A stretch of DNA of 54,792 nt from NCBI GenBank assembly GCA_031372565.1, contig JANMLN010000051.1:1-54792 (forward strand). Direction: 5' to 3'. The notes under the pieces are model-generated. The model had not been told where the DNA came from, did not search any database, and saw only the letters and a list, made by a program, of their open reading frames with translations. Position numbers and translations under genes: made by a program. Source of the stretch: Gemmatimonadota bacterium (GTDB taxonomy: Bacteria; Gemmatimonadota; Gemmatimonadetes; Gemmatimonadales; Gemmatimonadaceae). Positions 1-9,233 of the stretch are shown here, in pieces (the stretch's first letter is position 1; every line of letters starts with the position of its first letter).

Positions 1-141
1 CGGTTCAAGCTGCACACCAGCGTACTCGAAGGCATCAACAACAAGATCAAGGTCATCAAGCGGATGGCGTACGGCTTCCGCGACGACGCCTACTTCTTCC
101 TCAAGATCCGTGCGGCGTTTCCCGGTATTCCGTGAAGAACC
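1..141 (+). mobile_element. ISL3-family IS, 3' end: transposase C-terminus (stop at 133-135) and right terminal repeat ending GAAGAACC
   Basis: Frame 1 reads RFKLHTSVLEGINNKIKVIKRMAYGFRDDAYFFLKIRAAFPGIP*. EGxNNKIKxxKRxAYGFR is the ISL3 transposase C-terminal motif. The element end reads GGTTCTTC on the reverse strand, an ISL3-like terminus. Confidence 0.9.
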
Positions 142-150
142 GAGAAAAAG

Positions 151-178
151 CAGGTCCTTCGCTTCGCTCAGGACGACA
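151..178. repeat. Half of a REP-like palindromic repeat (CAGGTCCTTCGCTTCGCTCAGGACGACA)
   Basis: Resembles the reverse complement of the GTCATCCTGAGCGAAGCGAAGGA-type intergenic repeat (recalled, not searched). Lies between the IS end and the argF stop; no partner arm in the window. Confidence 0.5.
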
Positions 179-181
179 TGG

Positions 182-1105
182 TCAGGTGAGAGGGACGCGG
201 CCCATCAGCGCGGCCATGATCGCCTTCTGCACGTGCAGGCGGTTCTCCGCCTCGTCCCACACGCGGCTCCAGGGTCCGTCGATGACCTCTGCGGACACCT
301 CCTCCCCGCGATGCGCGGGCAGGCAATGCAGGAAGATCGCTTCGCGCGATGCGCGACGCATGAGCGGGCCGTCGACCTTGAAGCCGGCGAACGCCTTGAG
401 ACGCTGCGCCTGCTCCTCCTCCTGCCCCATACTGGCCCAGACGTCGGTGTTGACGACGTGGGCTCCTTCGACCGCCTCCTTGGGGTCGCGGACGAGCCGC
501 ACATCGGCCACCGATTGCGCACGCGCGAGCAGCACCGGATCGGGATCGTACCCTTCGGGACAGGCCAGACGCAGCGGGAAGCCGAGGCGCCAGGCGGCAT
601 CGAGCCACGAGTTGGCCATGTTGTTGCCGTCGCCGATCCAGGCGATGACTTTCCCCTCGTAGCCGCCCAACTGCTGCACGACCGTGAGCAGGTCGGCCAT
701 GATCTGGCAGGGGTGCTGCAGGTCGGTCAGGCCATTGATGACGGGAACATCCGCGTGCCGCGCCAGCTCCTCGATGTCGCCGTGGGCGAAGGTGCGGATC
801 ATGATGCCGTGGCAGAACCGCGAGAGCACGCGCGCCGTGTCGGCGATCGTTTCGCCGCGACCGAGCTGCACGTCACGCGACGAGAGAAACATCGCGTGCG
901 CGCCGAGCTGGTAGGCGCCGACCTCGAAGGAGACGCGCGTGCGCGTGGACGCCTTGAGGAAGAGCATCGCCAGCGACTTTCCCGCGAGCGGCTTGTCGGC
1001 GTACTCACCGGTGCGCATCCGTTCCGCGAGGCGAAAGAGCCCGTCGATCTCCGGTCGGGAGAAATCCGGGATCGTGATGAAATCGCGGTGGGCGCGCTCG
1101 GGCAT
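182..1105 (-). CDS. argF: Ornithine carbamoyltransferase
   Basis: STRTRVSF carbamoyl-phosphate motif, HPCQ, GDGNNMA, DVWASMG and FLHCLP. Confidence 0.97.
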   Translation of the reverse strand: MPERAHRDFITIPDFSRPEIDGLFRLAERMRTGEYADKPLAGKSLAMLFLKASTRTRVSFEVGAYQLGAHAMFLSSRDVQLGRGETIADTARVLSRFCHGIMIRTFAHGDIEELARHADVPVINGLTDLQHPCQIMADLLTVVQQLGGYEGKVIAWIGDGNNMANSWLDAAWRLGFPLRLACPEGYDPDPVLLARAQSVADVRLVRDPKEAVEGAHVVNTDVWASMGQEEEQAQRLKAFAGFKVDGPLMRRASREAIFLHCLPAHRGEEVSAEVIDGPWSRVWDEAENRLHVQKAIMAALMGRVPLT

Positions 1106-1180
1106 CAGGCCGCTGGCTCTCGGGAAAGAGGCGAATGCTAACCGCTCCCGAGCGGCGTCGCCACGCTACCTTTTCAGTTC

Positions 1181-3226
1181 ATGCGCCGCTTGGTTCCCCT
1201 CGCGACGGCCCTGCTGGTTGCCGTGTTTGGTTTCCTTCCGATCGCGGACTGGATCCCGCTCGGACGACACGCGCCGCGCTATGACGCCCTGCGCGCCGGC
1301 TGGGTGAGCGGGAGTGTGATCGTGATTGGCATCGCGATCGTCCTGGTGATTCTCTCCCGACGCGTGCCGGCACTGTGGCGACCGGGGGCATGGGCCGGCA
1401 TCGCAGCGCGCTGGGAGGCGGCCCCGATGGGGGTGACCCTCTCGGTGGCCATCGGCGCCACGCTGCTGTACGGCGTGATCGCACGCGTCGTGTTCGACGG
1501 CCAGCCGCTGCTGATCGACGAACTGGTGCAGGGACTTGAGGCGCGCATTCTCGCAGGCGGCGCACTGTCGCTTCCCACACACGCCGAGCCGGCGTTCTTC
1601 TCGCTCACGAACGTGGTCGATGCCGGCGGACGCTACTTCGGGCAGTTCCCTCCCGGATGGTCGGTGGTGCTCGCGCTCGGCGAGTTGGTGCACGCGCCGT
1701 GGCTCATGGGCCCGATCGCCGGCGGGTTGATGGTGCTGGCGTGGGGGTGGTGGCTCCGCATCGCAGAACCGGCTCCAGGCGTCGCGTTCGGCGCGCTGCT
1801 CCTCGGCGCCTTCTCGCCGTTTCTCGCCTTCATGGCCGGCTCGCAGATGAATCACGTGGCCGCGCTGGCTGCGATTCTCGCGGGGTTGGCGGCGACGGCG
1901 CGCGCGATGGGCGATGACACCCCGCAGCCGAGGCTGGGCTTGGCGGCGGGAGCGTGCTTCGGCATTGCCGCCACGATCCGCCCGGTCGACGCGCTCTGCT
2001 TCGCGCTTCCCGCAGGGGTCTGGTTCCTGTGGCGCGCACTCCGCACGCCGCGACGCTGGGCAGACGCGCTGGCGGGGCTGCTGGGTGTCTCGCTGCCGAT
2101 CGGCGCCCTGCTCGCATTCAACGCCGCGACCACCGGTGCGCCGCTCACGTTCGGCTACGTGGCGCTGTGGGGGCCGCAGCACTCGCTCGGCTTCCACCTG
2201 TCGCCGTGGGGGGTCATGCACACGCCGGGCATGGGCGCCCAGCTGCTCAACCTGTACGCGCTACGACTCCAGACCAACCTGTTCGAGACGCCGCTGCCCG
2301 GCTTGTTGCCGCCCGTGCTGGCGCTCGCGCTGGCTCCGCGCCTGTCCGCGCACGACCGGTTGCTCCTGGCTGGCACGGCGCTGCTCGTGCTCGCATACTG
2401 GGCGTACTTCCACGACGGGTACTATCTAGGTGCGCGCTTCTTCATTCCGGTGGCGCCGCTGCTCCTCTGGTGGACCGCACGTTTGCCGGGTCTCGTGCGA
2501 TCAATGACGGCGCCGGGCAGCGCGGCGGAGCGCGGCGTCGTGTATGCGTACGGTACGGCGGCCGTGCTCGGCGCGGCCATCATCCTGCCGCTCCGCGTGA
2601 CGGACTACGGCACGGGCCTCACGACGATGCGATGGAACGCGGTGCAGGCCGAGCGTGGCGCGCAGGTAAGCGATGCGCTCGTGTTCGTGCGGGAGAGCTG
2701 GGGGGCACAGGTGATCGCACGGCTGTGGCGATTGGGGGTGACGCGTGGGGAGAGCGAGGTGCTGTTCAAGCGCATCGATCTGTGCCAGCTCGACTCTGCC
2801 GTGACCTCGATGGAAGCGACCCCCGTGCGCGGTGCGGCCGTTGTGGCGGCGCTGCGGACGATCGTGCTCGACACCGCCGCCCTGGTCCCGATGCCCGATT
2901 CGCCCGACAAGGCGGGACGCATGCGGGCGGGCACGCTGTACGGCCCCGCGTGTGAAGCGCGGCTCACCGAAGACCGGGCGGGGTTCACGTTGCTGGGGCC
3001 GCTGCTCTTTCCGCGGCGGCCGGTGCTGTACGCGCGCGACCTGCACGGGCGCGACACGCTGCTGCTGCGTGAGTATCCGGAGCGCAGTGTCTGGCTGCTG
3101 GTCCCCGCGACGGGCGACGAGGGCGCGCCGCCCGTCTTTCATCGCGCCTCGCGCGACTCGATCTTCGCCTCCGCACGCCGCGAGGCCACCGAGCGCGCGC
3201 CGGCTGCCTTTGCGGTGCCGAGGTAG
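1181..3226 (+). CDS. GT-C fold (ArnT/PMT-like) multi-TM glycosyltransferase, paralog 1
   Basis: About 12 hydrophobic segments, first-loop DE motif (LIDELVQGLEARILAGG), QFPPG, IRP motif and a soluble C-terminal domain. Confidence 0.75.
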   Translation: MRRLVPLATALLVAVFGFLPIADWIPLGRHAPRYDALRAGWVSGSVIVIGIAIVLVILSRRVPALWRPGAWAGIAARWEAAPMGVTLSVAIGATLLYGVIARVVFDGQPLLIDELVQGLEARILAGGALSLPTHAEPAFFSLTNVVDAGGRYFGQFPPGWSVVLALGELVHAPWLMGPIAGGLMVLAWGWWLRIAEPAPGVAFGALLLGAFSPFLAFMAGSQMNHVAALAAILAGLAATARAMGDDTPQPRLGLAAGACFGIAATIRPVDALCFALPAGVWFLWRALRTPRRWADALAGLLGVSLPIGALLAFNAATTGAPLTFGYVALWGPQHSLGFHLSPWGVMHTPGMGAQLLNLYALRLQTNLFETPLPGLLPPVLALALAPRLSAHDRLLLAGTALLVLAYWAYFHDGYYLGARFFIPVAPLLLWWTARLPGLVRSMTAPGSAAERGVVYAYGTAAVLGAAIILPLRVTDYGTGLTTMRWNAVQAERGAQVSDALVFVRESWGAQVIARLWRLGVTRGESEVLFKRIDLCQLDSAVTSMEATPVRGAAVVAALRTIVLDTAALVPMPDSPDKAGRMRAGTLYGPACEARLTEDRAGFTLLGPLLFPRRPVLYARDLHGRDTLLLREYPERSVWLLVPATGDEGAPPVFHRASRDSIFASARREATERAPAAFAVPR

Positions 3227-3231
3227 CGCGC

Positions 3232-4341
3232 ATGCACATTGCCCTGTTCTCGCACTATTGCCTGCCGCATGCCGGAGGCATCGAGACGGTGGTCGAGGCG
3301 TTGGCGAGCCGACTGTCGCTGCGGCATCGCGTGACGGTCATCTCCAGTGATTGGGCGGGACGCGAAGGAGTCGAACGCAGCGGGATGCGCACGACGTGGC
3401 GCCTGCCGTCCGTGCACGCCAGCGCACGCTGGGGGGTGCCGTATACGATCCCGACCGGGCGATGGGTTCGCGATGCGCTTGCCGACGCGTCGACCGCGGA
3501 CGTGATCCACGCGCATGGCGCCCTCTATGCGCAGACGGTGCTGGCGCGACGCGTGGCACGACGCGCCGCACGTCCGCTGGTGTTGACGGAGCATGTCGGC
3601 TGGATACCGTATCGCGGTGCCGTATTGCAATCGGTGCAGCGCGCGGCATGGCGCTTCGTTGGCGATGCGACACTCGCACAGTCGCGTGCCGTCGTTGCGC
3701 TCAACGCGCGCGTCGGGGGGTGGCTCCACGCGCGTCCTGCCAAGCCCCACGTCACCCTCATCCCGAATGGCGTCGACCTGACGCGCTTCGCTCCGCCCAC
3801 AGACACCCAGCGCCGTGAGGCCCGCGCCGCGCTCGGGCTCCCGGCCACCGGTGTGCTCGGCCTCTTCGTCGGACGTGATGCGCCGAAGAAGCGGCGCGCC
3901 GATGTCGTGGCGGCCTCGCGTTCCGGGTGGACGCTGGTGCTGGCCGGCGCCCCGGTTGCGGTGCACGAGCACGGCATCATCGACCTGGGCGTGATGGCCG
4001 CCGAGGCGATGGTGCCCTTGTACCATGCGTGCGACTTTCTCGTGCACGCGGCGGAGGGCGAGGGGTTTCCGATGGCGGTCCAGGAAGCGATGGCGACGGG
4101 ACTTCCGGTCGCGCTGCGATGGGATGCGGGCTACGCGACGTCGCTCGAGCGCGACGTGATTCCAACGGCGGATGACATTGCCGGTACGCTGCGCGCGGCC
4201 GATTCGCTCGCGCACGACGCATCCCATCGCGCCGAGGTGGGGGCACGTGCCCACGCGTGGGCCACGGCGCACTGGAGTTGGGATGTGACGGTTGCGGCCC
4301 ACGAGGCGCTGTATGCATCGCTCGCGAGCGGGGCGACATGA
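3232..4341 (+). CDS. GT4 family glycosyltransferase
   Basis: GGIE N-terminal motif, IHAH, IPNGVD, FVGR and EGFPMAVQEAMATGLPV (EX7E). Confidence 0.92.
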   Translation: MHIALFSHYCLPHAGGIETVVEALASRLSLRHRVTVISSDWAGREGVERSGMRTTWRLPSVHASARWGVPYTIPTGRWVRDALADASTADVIHAHGALYAQTVLARRVARRAARPLVLTEHVGWIPYRGAVLQSVQRAAWRFVGDATLAQSRAVVALNARVGGWLHARPAKPHVTLIPNGVDLTRFAPPTDTQRREARAALGLPATGVLGLFVGRDAPKKRRADVVAASRSGWTLVLAGAPVAVHEHGIIDLGVMAAEAMVPLYHACDFLVHAAEGEGFPMAVQEAMATGLPVALRWDAGYATSLERDVIPTADDIAGTLRAADSLAHDASHRAEVGARAHAWATAHWSWDVTVAAHEALYASLASGAT

Positions 4342-4940
4342 GCGATGGCGCCGGCACGATCACGGGCTATCGCGATCGCACCTATGCGCTCGTGCGAGAG
4401 GCGATCGGGGCGCTCGGCCCCGTCGCGACGGCGGTCGACGTGGGCGCCGGTGAGGGCTGGTATGCCCGCCGCCTCATGGACGAGGGGCTGATCGTCCGGT
4501 GTACGCCGGTGGAAGTGCAGCGGCGCACGCAGACGCTCGTCGAGCCCGTGCTGTACGACGGCGTGCGGTTACCGTTCGACGATCGGTCGGTGGAACTCGT
4601 GTACGCCATCGATGTGGTGCATCATGCCGGCGATCCGCTTGCGCTGCTGGCAGACATGGCGCGCGTGTCGGCACGATGGCTGGTGCTCAAGGATCACACG
4701 TATGCCTCGGGGCTCGGCCGTGCGACGTTGGCCGTCATGGATGAACTCGGCAATCGCCGGTTCGGCATTCCGTCGCCGGGCCGCTACCAGCACGCATGGG
4801 ACTGGCTGCCGGCGCTCGAGCACGCCGGCTTTCGGCCCCGCACCATGCTGCACCCCGCCGCCTGTCACACCGGGCTGCTTGGCACCCTCACCAACCGGCT
4901 GCAGTTCGTGGCCGCTTTCGAGCGCACCGATGCGCATTGA
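4338..4940 (+). CDS. Class I SAM-dependent methyltransferase
   Basis: VDVGAGEG motif I and LPFDDRSVELVYAIDVVHH. ATGA overlap with the GT4 stop fixes the start at 4338. Confidence 0.88.
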   Translation: MSDGAGTITGYRDRTYALVREAIGALGPVATAVDVGAGEGWYARRLMDEGLIVRCTPVEVQRRTQTLVEPVLYDGVRLPFDDRSVELVYAIDVVHHAGDPLALLADMARVSARWLVLKDHTYASGLGRATLAVMDELGNRRFGIPSPGRYQHAWDWLPALEHAGFRPRTMLHPAACHTGLLGTLTNRLQFVAAFERTDAH

Positions 4941-5664
4941 TCACGACGATCCGCGTCGCACGTTCGTCGCGGCCCACGCGGGCAAGGCATCGCGGCATGC
5001 CGTCGAGGACCGCGTCGAACCCTCGGTGTGGCAGTACGACTATCCCGTGTTGCGCGCGCTGCGCGACGACGTCGTGGGACTGCTCACGCAGGTCGAGGCC
5101 CGGAGCGCGGGGGCCATCGCGCTGGACGTCGGAAGTTTGCGAAGCCCCTACAAGCGCGTGCTCGAGAGTCGCGGCTTCTCGGTGAAGACGCTGGACCTCA
5201 CCACCGAGCATGGCGCCGACTTCGCCGGTACCGCCGAAGCGACGGGACGCCCGGAGGCGAGCGTGGACCTGATCCTGTGCACGCAGGTGCTCGAGCATGT
5301 GCGTGCGCCGTGGGTCGCGATGCGTGAGTTCGGTCGCATTCTCAAGCCCGGCGGACAGCTGCTGATCACGATCCCGCACATCTGGTTCTATCACCCGCAT
5401 CCCGGCGATTACTGGCGTGTGACGCAGGAGGGGATCGTCACGCTCTGCATCGATGGCGGTTTCCGCGTACGCGAGGCGCGCACGCAGGGGGGCGCGCTGC
5501 TCGCCTTCGGGCAGATCGTGAATTTTCTGGCCTACGGGCTGCTCGGCAGCGCGGGGGCGCCGTTGTACGCGCTGTCGAACGTGGTGATGGGTGCCGCCGA
5601 CCGGATCGTGCCCAACGAGCTGTTCGCGCTCAACATGGCCTGCCTCGCCGAGAAGCCCGCGTAG
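4930..5664 (+). CDS. Class I SAM-dependent methyltransferase (type 11-like)
   Basis: LDVGS, VDLILCTQVLEHV, RILKPGG and HPHPGDYWR. Start re-called at ATG 4930, overlapping the previous gene. Confidence 0.88.
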   Translation: MRIDHDDPRRTFVAAHAGKASRHAVEDRVEPSVWQYDYPVLRALRDDVVGLLTQVEARSAGAIALDVGSLRSPYKRVLESRGFSVKTLDLTTEHGADFAGTAEATGRPEASVDLILCTQVLEHVRAPWVAMREFGRILKPGGQLLITIPHIWFYHPHPGDYWRVTQEGIVTLCIDGGFRVREARTQGGALLAFGQIVNFLAYGLLGSAGAPLYALSNVVMGAADRIVPNELFALNMACLAEKPA

Positions 5665-5665
5665 G

Positions 5666-7357
5666 TCACCGCGGGGCGGGGCGTGGACGCGGCGTGACGC
5701 GCAGCATCCCATGCGCCAGCAGCGAGTCGGCGCCGACCGCGAGCAGCCGTGCGCCGTAGCGCGCGCGCAGTGCCTCCCACCCGCGCTCGTTGAGCATGCT
5801 GCCGTTCACGATGACCGGGCGCGTGAGCGCGGCGTCATTGCGCACGAGGTCGCGCCCGTACCACACCGCTCCGGTCTCGACCGCGACCACATCCGCGTCC
5901 AGCCCCGCGACGTACGCCGAGGCCTCGGCGAACGGTCCGGCAAATCGTTCGACCTGCACCAGCCGCAGCGCCATGGTGCCAACGGCCAGCGCGAATCCTC
6001 CGATCACGAGCGTATGCGTCCGCCGGATGCCCATGGCGCCTACGACCGATGGAACCGCGGCAGCTGCCAAAAGGGCGACGCTGCCGAGCGCGCCGTACAC
6101 GTAGCGATAGCCCCACCCGTGCCCCTGCGAGCTCCCGTAGAGGATGTAGAACAGGAAGGTGAGGAGCAGCCCACGCGCGAGGTCCTTCTGCGTGTCGTTG
6201 AGGTCGCGCTCGCGCACGTACGCGACCATGAGCAGCAACGCGATCACGGGTGCCTGCCAGGTGAACAGCAGCGTGAGGTTCATGCCCGTGAGGCGCCAGG
6301 CCTGCAGCCCCGGAAGGGCGAACAGGGAGAGCAAGCCACCACCCGCACCCGGCTCGCCGCCACGCTCCATGCGCAGCCACGTCAGCCACAGGTACGAGAA
6401 CGCGAGATAGACGCATGCCGTGACGACAAAGCGCGCGTACTGCTTGCGCACCAGCCATCGCCAGAAGAACGGGACCGCGAACAGCGCGTGGGGAAAGGGA
6501 TTGTGGAGCCCGAGCGCGAGTCCGCCGAGCAGTGCCGCGGCCGCGATGCTCGCACGGTCGTCACGGAGGACGAGCCACGTCCACGCGAGGTTGGCCAGCA
6601 GGTGGGCCGGCATGGTGTACTGCGACCCCGACGTCACCACGAACTGCGCCGACGTGACCAGAGCGAGCACGGCGATGATCGGTGCGGCCGGCTCGGCGGG
6701 ACGCAGCCGCCGCGCGAGCGTTGCGACGAGCAGGACGCTCGCCCCGGCACACAACGGATTGAGCCACGCCTCGACGTGCAGGAGCTGCAGCAGCGCCCGC
6801 AGCGCCGCGTACACGGGGATGTACCCCGAGTACCAGGTGTGATCGGCGCCCTTCCATGCCACGAACACGGGTTTGATGGCGGGGACGAATGCGATCCATT
6901 CGTCCTTGACGGGCTGAAAGACACGACCCGTGGCGAGGATGCTCGCTTCAAAGCCGGTATTGAACTCGTCCATCGAGAGCGGAAAGCCGTGCAGCACCCA
7001 TCGCTGGACCGCCCAGACCACGACCACCACGAGCGCGGCGAGTCCCCACGTTGCCCGAGGCGACAGCACGGGGAGCAGCGGCTCAGGACGGTCGATGGCC
7101 GTCGCACCATCGCGCATGGCGCTGGCTGCCGTGCCCGACCGGCGCGCGAGCGCGATGACCAGCGCGGCGAACAGCGCGAGCAGCGCGAGTGGCACCGGCT
7201 CGAGCGTGCCGAAGAGGTGGAAGTAGACGTTGAGCGACGAGTAGTGCGGCCCCACGACGCCCTCGCGCGTGATGCCGCGGACGGCCCACGCACCAAACGC
7301 CGCGACAGCGAGCAGCGCCACGGCGGACCGTCGCAGGGTCGATGACGCGGATGGCAT
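5666..7357 (-). CDS. GT-C fold multi-TM glycosyltransferase, paralog 2
   Basis: Multi-TM protein with SMDEFNTGFEASILATG loop motif and GWGYRY; similar layout to 1181..3226. Confidence 0.7.
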   Translation of the reverse strand: MPSASSTLRRSAVALLAVAAFGAWAVRGITREGVVGPHYSSLNVYFHLFGTLEPVPLALLALFAALVIALARRSGTAASAMRDGATAIDRPEPLLPVLSPRATWGLAALVVVVVWAVQRWVLHGFPLSMDEFNTGFEASILATGRVFQPVKDEWIAFVPAIKPVFVAWKGADHTWYSGYIPVYAALRALLQLLHVEAWLNPLCAGASVLLVATLARRLRPAEPAAPIIAVLALVTSAQFVVTSGSQYTMPAHLLANLAWTWLVLRDDRASIAAAALLGGLALGLHNPFPHALFAVPFFWRWLVRKQYARFVVTACVYLAFSYLWLTWLRMERGGEPGAGGGLLSLFALPGLQAWRLTGMNLTLLFTWQAPVIALLLMVAYVRERDLNDTQKDLARGLLLTFLFYILYGSSQGHGWGYRYVYGALGSVALLAAAAVPSVVGAMGIRRTHTLVIGGFALAVGTMALRLVQVERFAGPFAEASAYVAGLDADVVAVETGAVWYGRDLVRNDAALTRPVIVNGSMLNERGWEALRARYGARLLAVGADSLLAHGMLRVTPRPRPAPR

Positions 7358-7523
7358 CACGGTACGTCGGCCCTGGTGGGCGTCACGCAGCAGTCACGAG
7401 GGAAACGAGGAAAGGGAGTGCGCCACGGTGTGACGACAACGTACCGCGAGTAATCTATGAGGAGAGCGACGCGGGGCGCCGTCACGCGGTGGGACGACGC
7501 CATCACTTTCCTGGAGGACCCGG

Positions 7524-9230
7524 ATGCTGACTCCGGTCACATCGACGCTCGTGCTGGGCTGGGTACTCGTGGTGCTCGTGACCGTGGCCGCGTGGCGGCT
7601 CGGTGACCGACTGCCACCCGGAGTGAGCACCGCACTCGAACGCTGGCTCACGCACCGGTGGGCGCCGCTCGGCGCCGGCCTGCTAAGCGCCGCGGCCGTC
7701 TGGTGGGTCGCTGGGGCCACGCTGCACCCTGTTCCCTTGTACCACGACGAGCGCGCCTACTTGCTGCAGGGCGAGCTGTTCGCGCGCGGCCGATGGATGG
7801 GGGCCGCGGCGCCGATCCCGGAGTTCTTCACGCAGCTGCACGTGATCGTGAGCCCGGCCTTGTACGCCAAGTATCCCCCCGGCAACGCGTTGCTCATCGC
7901 ACCGTTCGCAGCGCTCGGCGCGCCCGGGCTCGCGATGGTCGTGAGCGCATTCGCGTGTGGCGCACTGGTGTTCGCGCTGGCGCGACGCTGGGCCGGACCG
8001 TGGGTGGCCGCGCTCACCCTGTTGGGCTGGATCCCGGCGGGCCCCGTCCTGATGATCCGTGCGAGCTACATGTCACAGGTCGCCACGCTGCCGATGTGGC
8101 TGCTTACCTGGTACGCGTGCGAGCGGCACCGCGACGACCGCCGCACGCGCTGGCTGGTGCTGGCGAGCGTCGCCACGGGGTTCTGCGCCGTGGTGCGTCC
8201 GCTGACAGCGGTCGCGCTCGCGCTCCCCTGTGCGATCGTGCTCGTGCGCCGCGTGTGGACCGACCGGAACGCGACGGGCGCGGCGATCGCGATCGCGGCC
8301 GGGGCCGCGATCGTGCTCTTCCTTCCGTGGCAGAACGTGGCCATCACGGGTGACGTCGCGACGTCGCCCCTCGTGCAATACACGAAGCAATTCACGCCGT
8401 TCGATTTCCCGAGCTTCGGCTACGACCGGTCACTGCCGATGGCCGACCTGCCCACCGACCTGGCGCGCGCGCGCGAAGCGCTCATCGTGCCACGCGAGGT
8501 GCACAAGCTGGAGAACCTCCCCTGGCTGCTGCCGTGGCGACTGTGGAGCTTGCTGCAAGGGGCGTGGTATGGGTGGCGGTTGCCGCTGTTGGCGCTGGGG
8601 TTCCTGGGGCTCTGGTCATTGGCGCGCGAGGCACCACGCGCGCGACTGGCCGCGAGCTGTGCCGCGCTGCTCTTCGCGTTGCACGTGATGCATGCACACA
8701 GCCCGGTGTGGACGGTGTTCTATCACGAGAGCGTCCCGGTGCTCGCACTGGCCACGGCGCTGGGCTTTGCCGCCATGGCGCGACGGTTCTCGCCGGCGAG
8801 CGCGAACGTCGCCGCATCCGATGTCGGGGAGCCGGGCCGCACCGACGGCACGCACGCGGTGCGTAACGGCCGCGTGCCACGCGGCGCGCTCGCGATCGCC
8901 GGCATCGCGATGGCACTCATGGTGCCGTTCGATGCCTCCACTGCGCGCGCCGATCTCGACTCGATCAAGCGGGCGCAGCGCGCCTTCCTCGCAGCGGTCG
9001 CCACGATCCCCGACGCCAAGGCGATCGTGTTCATCAAGTACCCGGCGAGCTGGAGCGGGCACAAGGCGCTCGTGGACAACCCGCCAGATTATGCGAGCGC
9101 GCGCGCGTGGCTCGTGTACGACCGGGGCCGCGACAACGCGCGGCTGGCCGCGCTCGCACCGGAACGCGCGCTCTGGCGCTACGACGCCGGCTTCGAGACG
9201 CTGGAGCGCTGGACGCCCCCGGCGCCCTGA
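7524..9230 (+). CDS. GT-C fold multi-TM glycosyltransferase, paralog 3
   Basis: YHDERAYLLQGELFARG, KYPPG, VRPLTA and multiple TM segments. Confidence 0.75.
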   Translation: MLTPVTSTLVLGWVLVVLVTVAAWRLGDRLPPGVSTALERWLTHRWAPLGAGLLSAAAVWWVAGATLHPVPLYHDERAYLLQGELFARGRWMGAAAPIPEFFTQLHVIVSPALYAKYPPGNALLIAPFAALGAPGLAMVVSAFACGALVFALARRWAGPWVAALTLLGWIPAGPVLMIRASYMSQVATLPMWLLTWYACERHRDDRRTRWLVLASVATGFCAVVRPLTAVALALPCAIVLVRRVWTDRNATGAAIAIAAGAAIVLFLPWQNVAITGDVATSPLVQYTKQFTPFDFPSFGYDRSLPMADLPTDLARAREALIVPREVHKLENLPWLLPWRLWSLLQGAWYGWRLPLLALGFLGLWSLAREAPRARLAASCAALLFALHVMHAHSPVWTVFYHESVPVLALATALGFAAMARRFSPASANVAASDVGEPGRTDGTHAVRNGRVPRGALAIAGIAMALMVPFDASTARADLDSIKRAQRAFLAAVATIPDAKAIVFIKYPASWSGHKALVDNPPDYASARAWLVYDRGRDNARLAALAPERALWRYDAGFETLERWTPPAP

Positions 9231-9233
9231 CGC

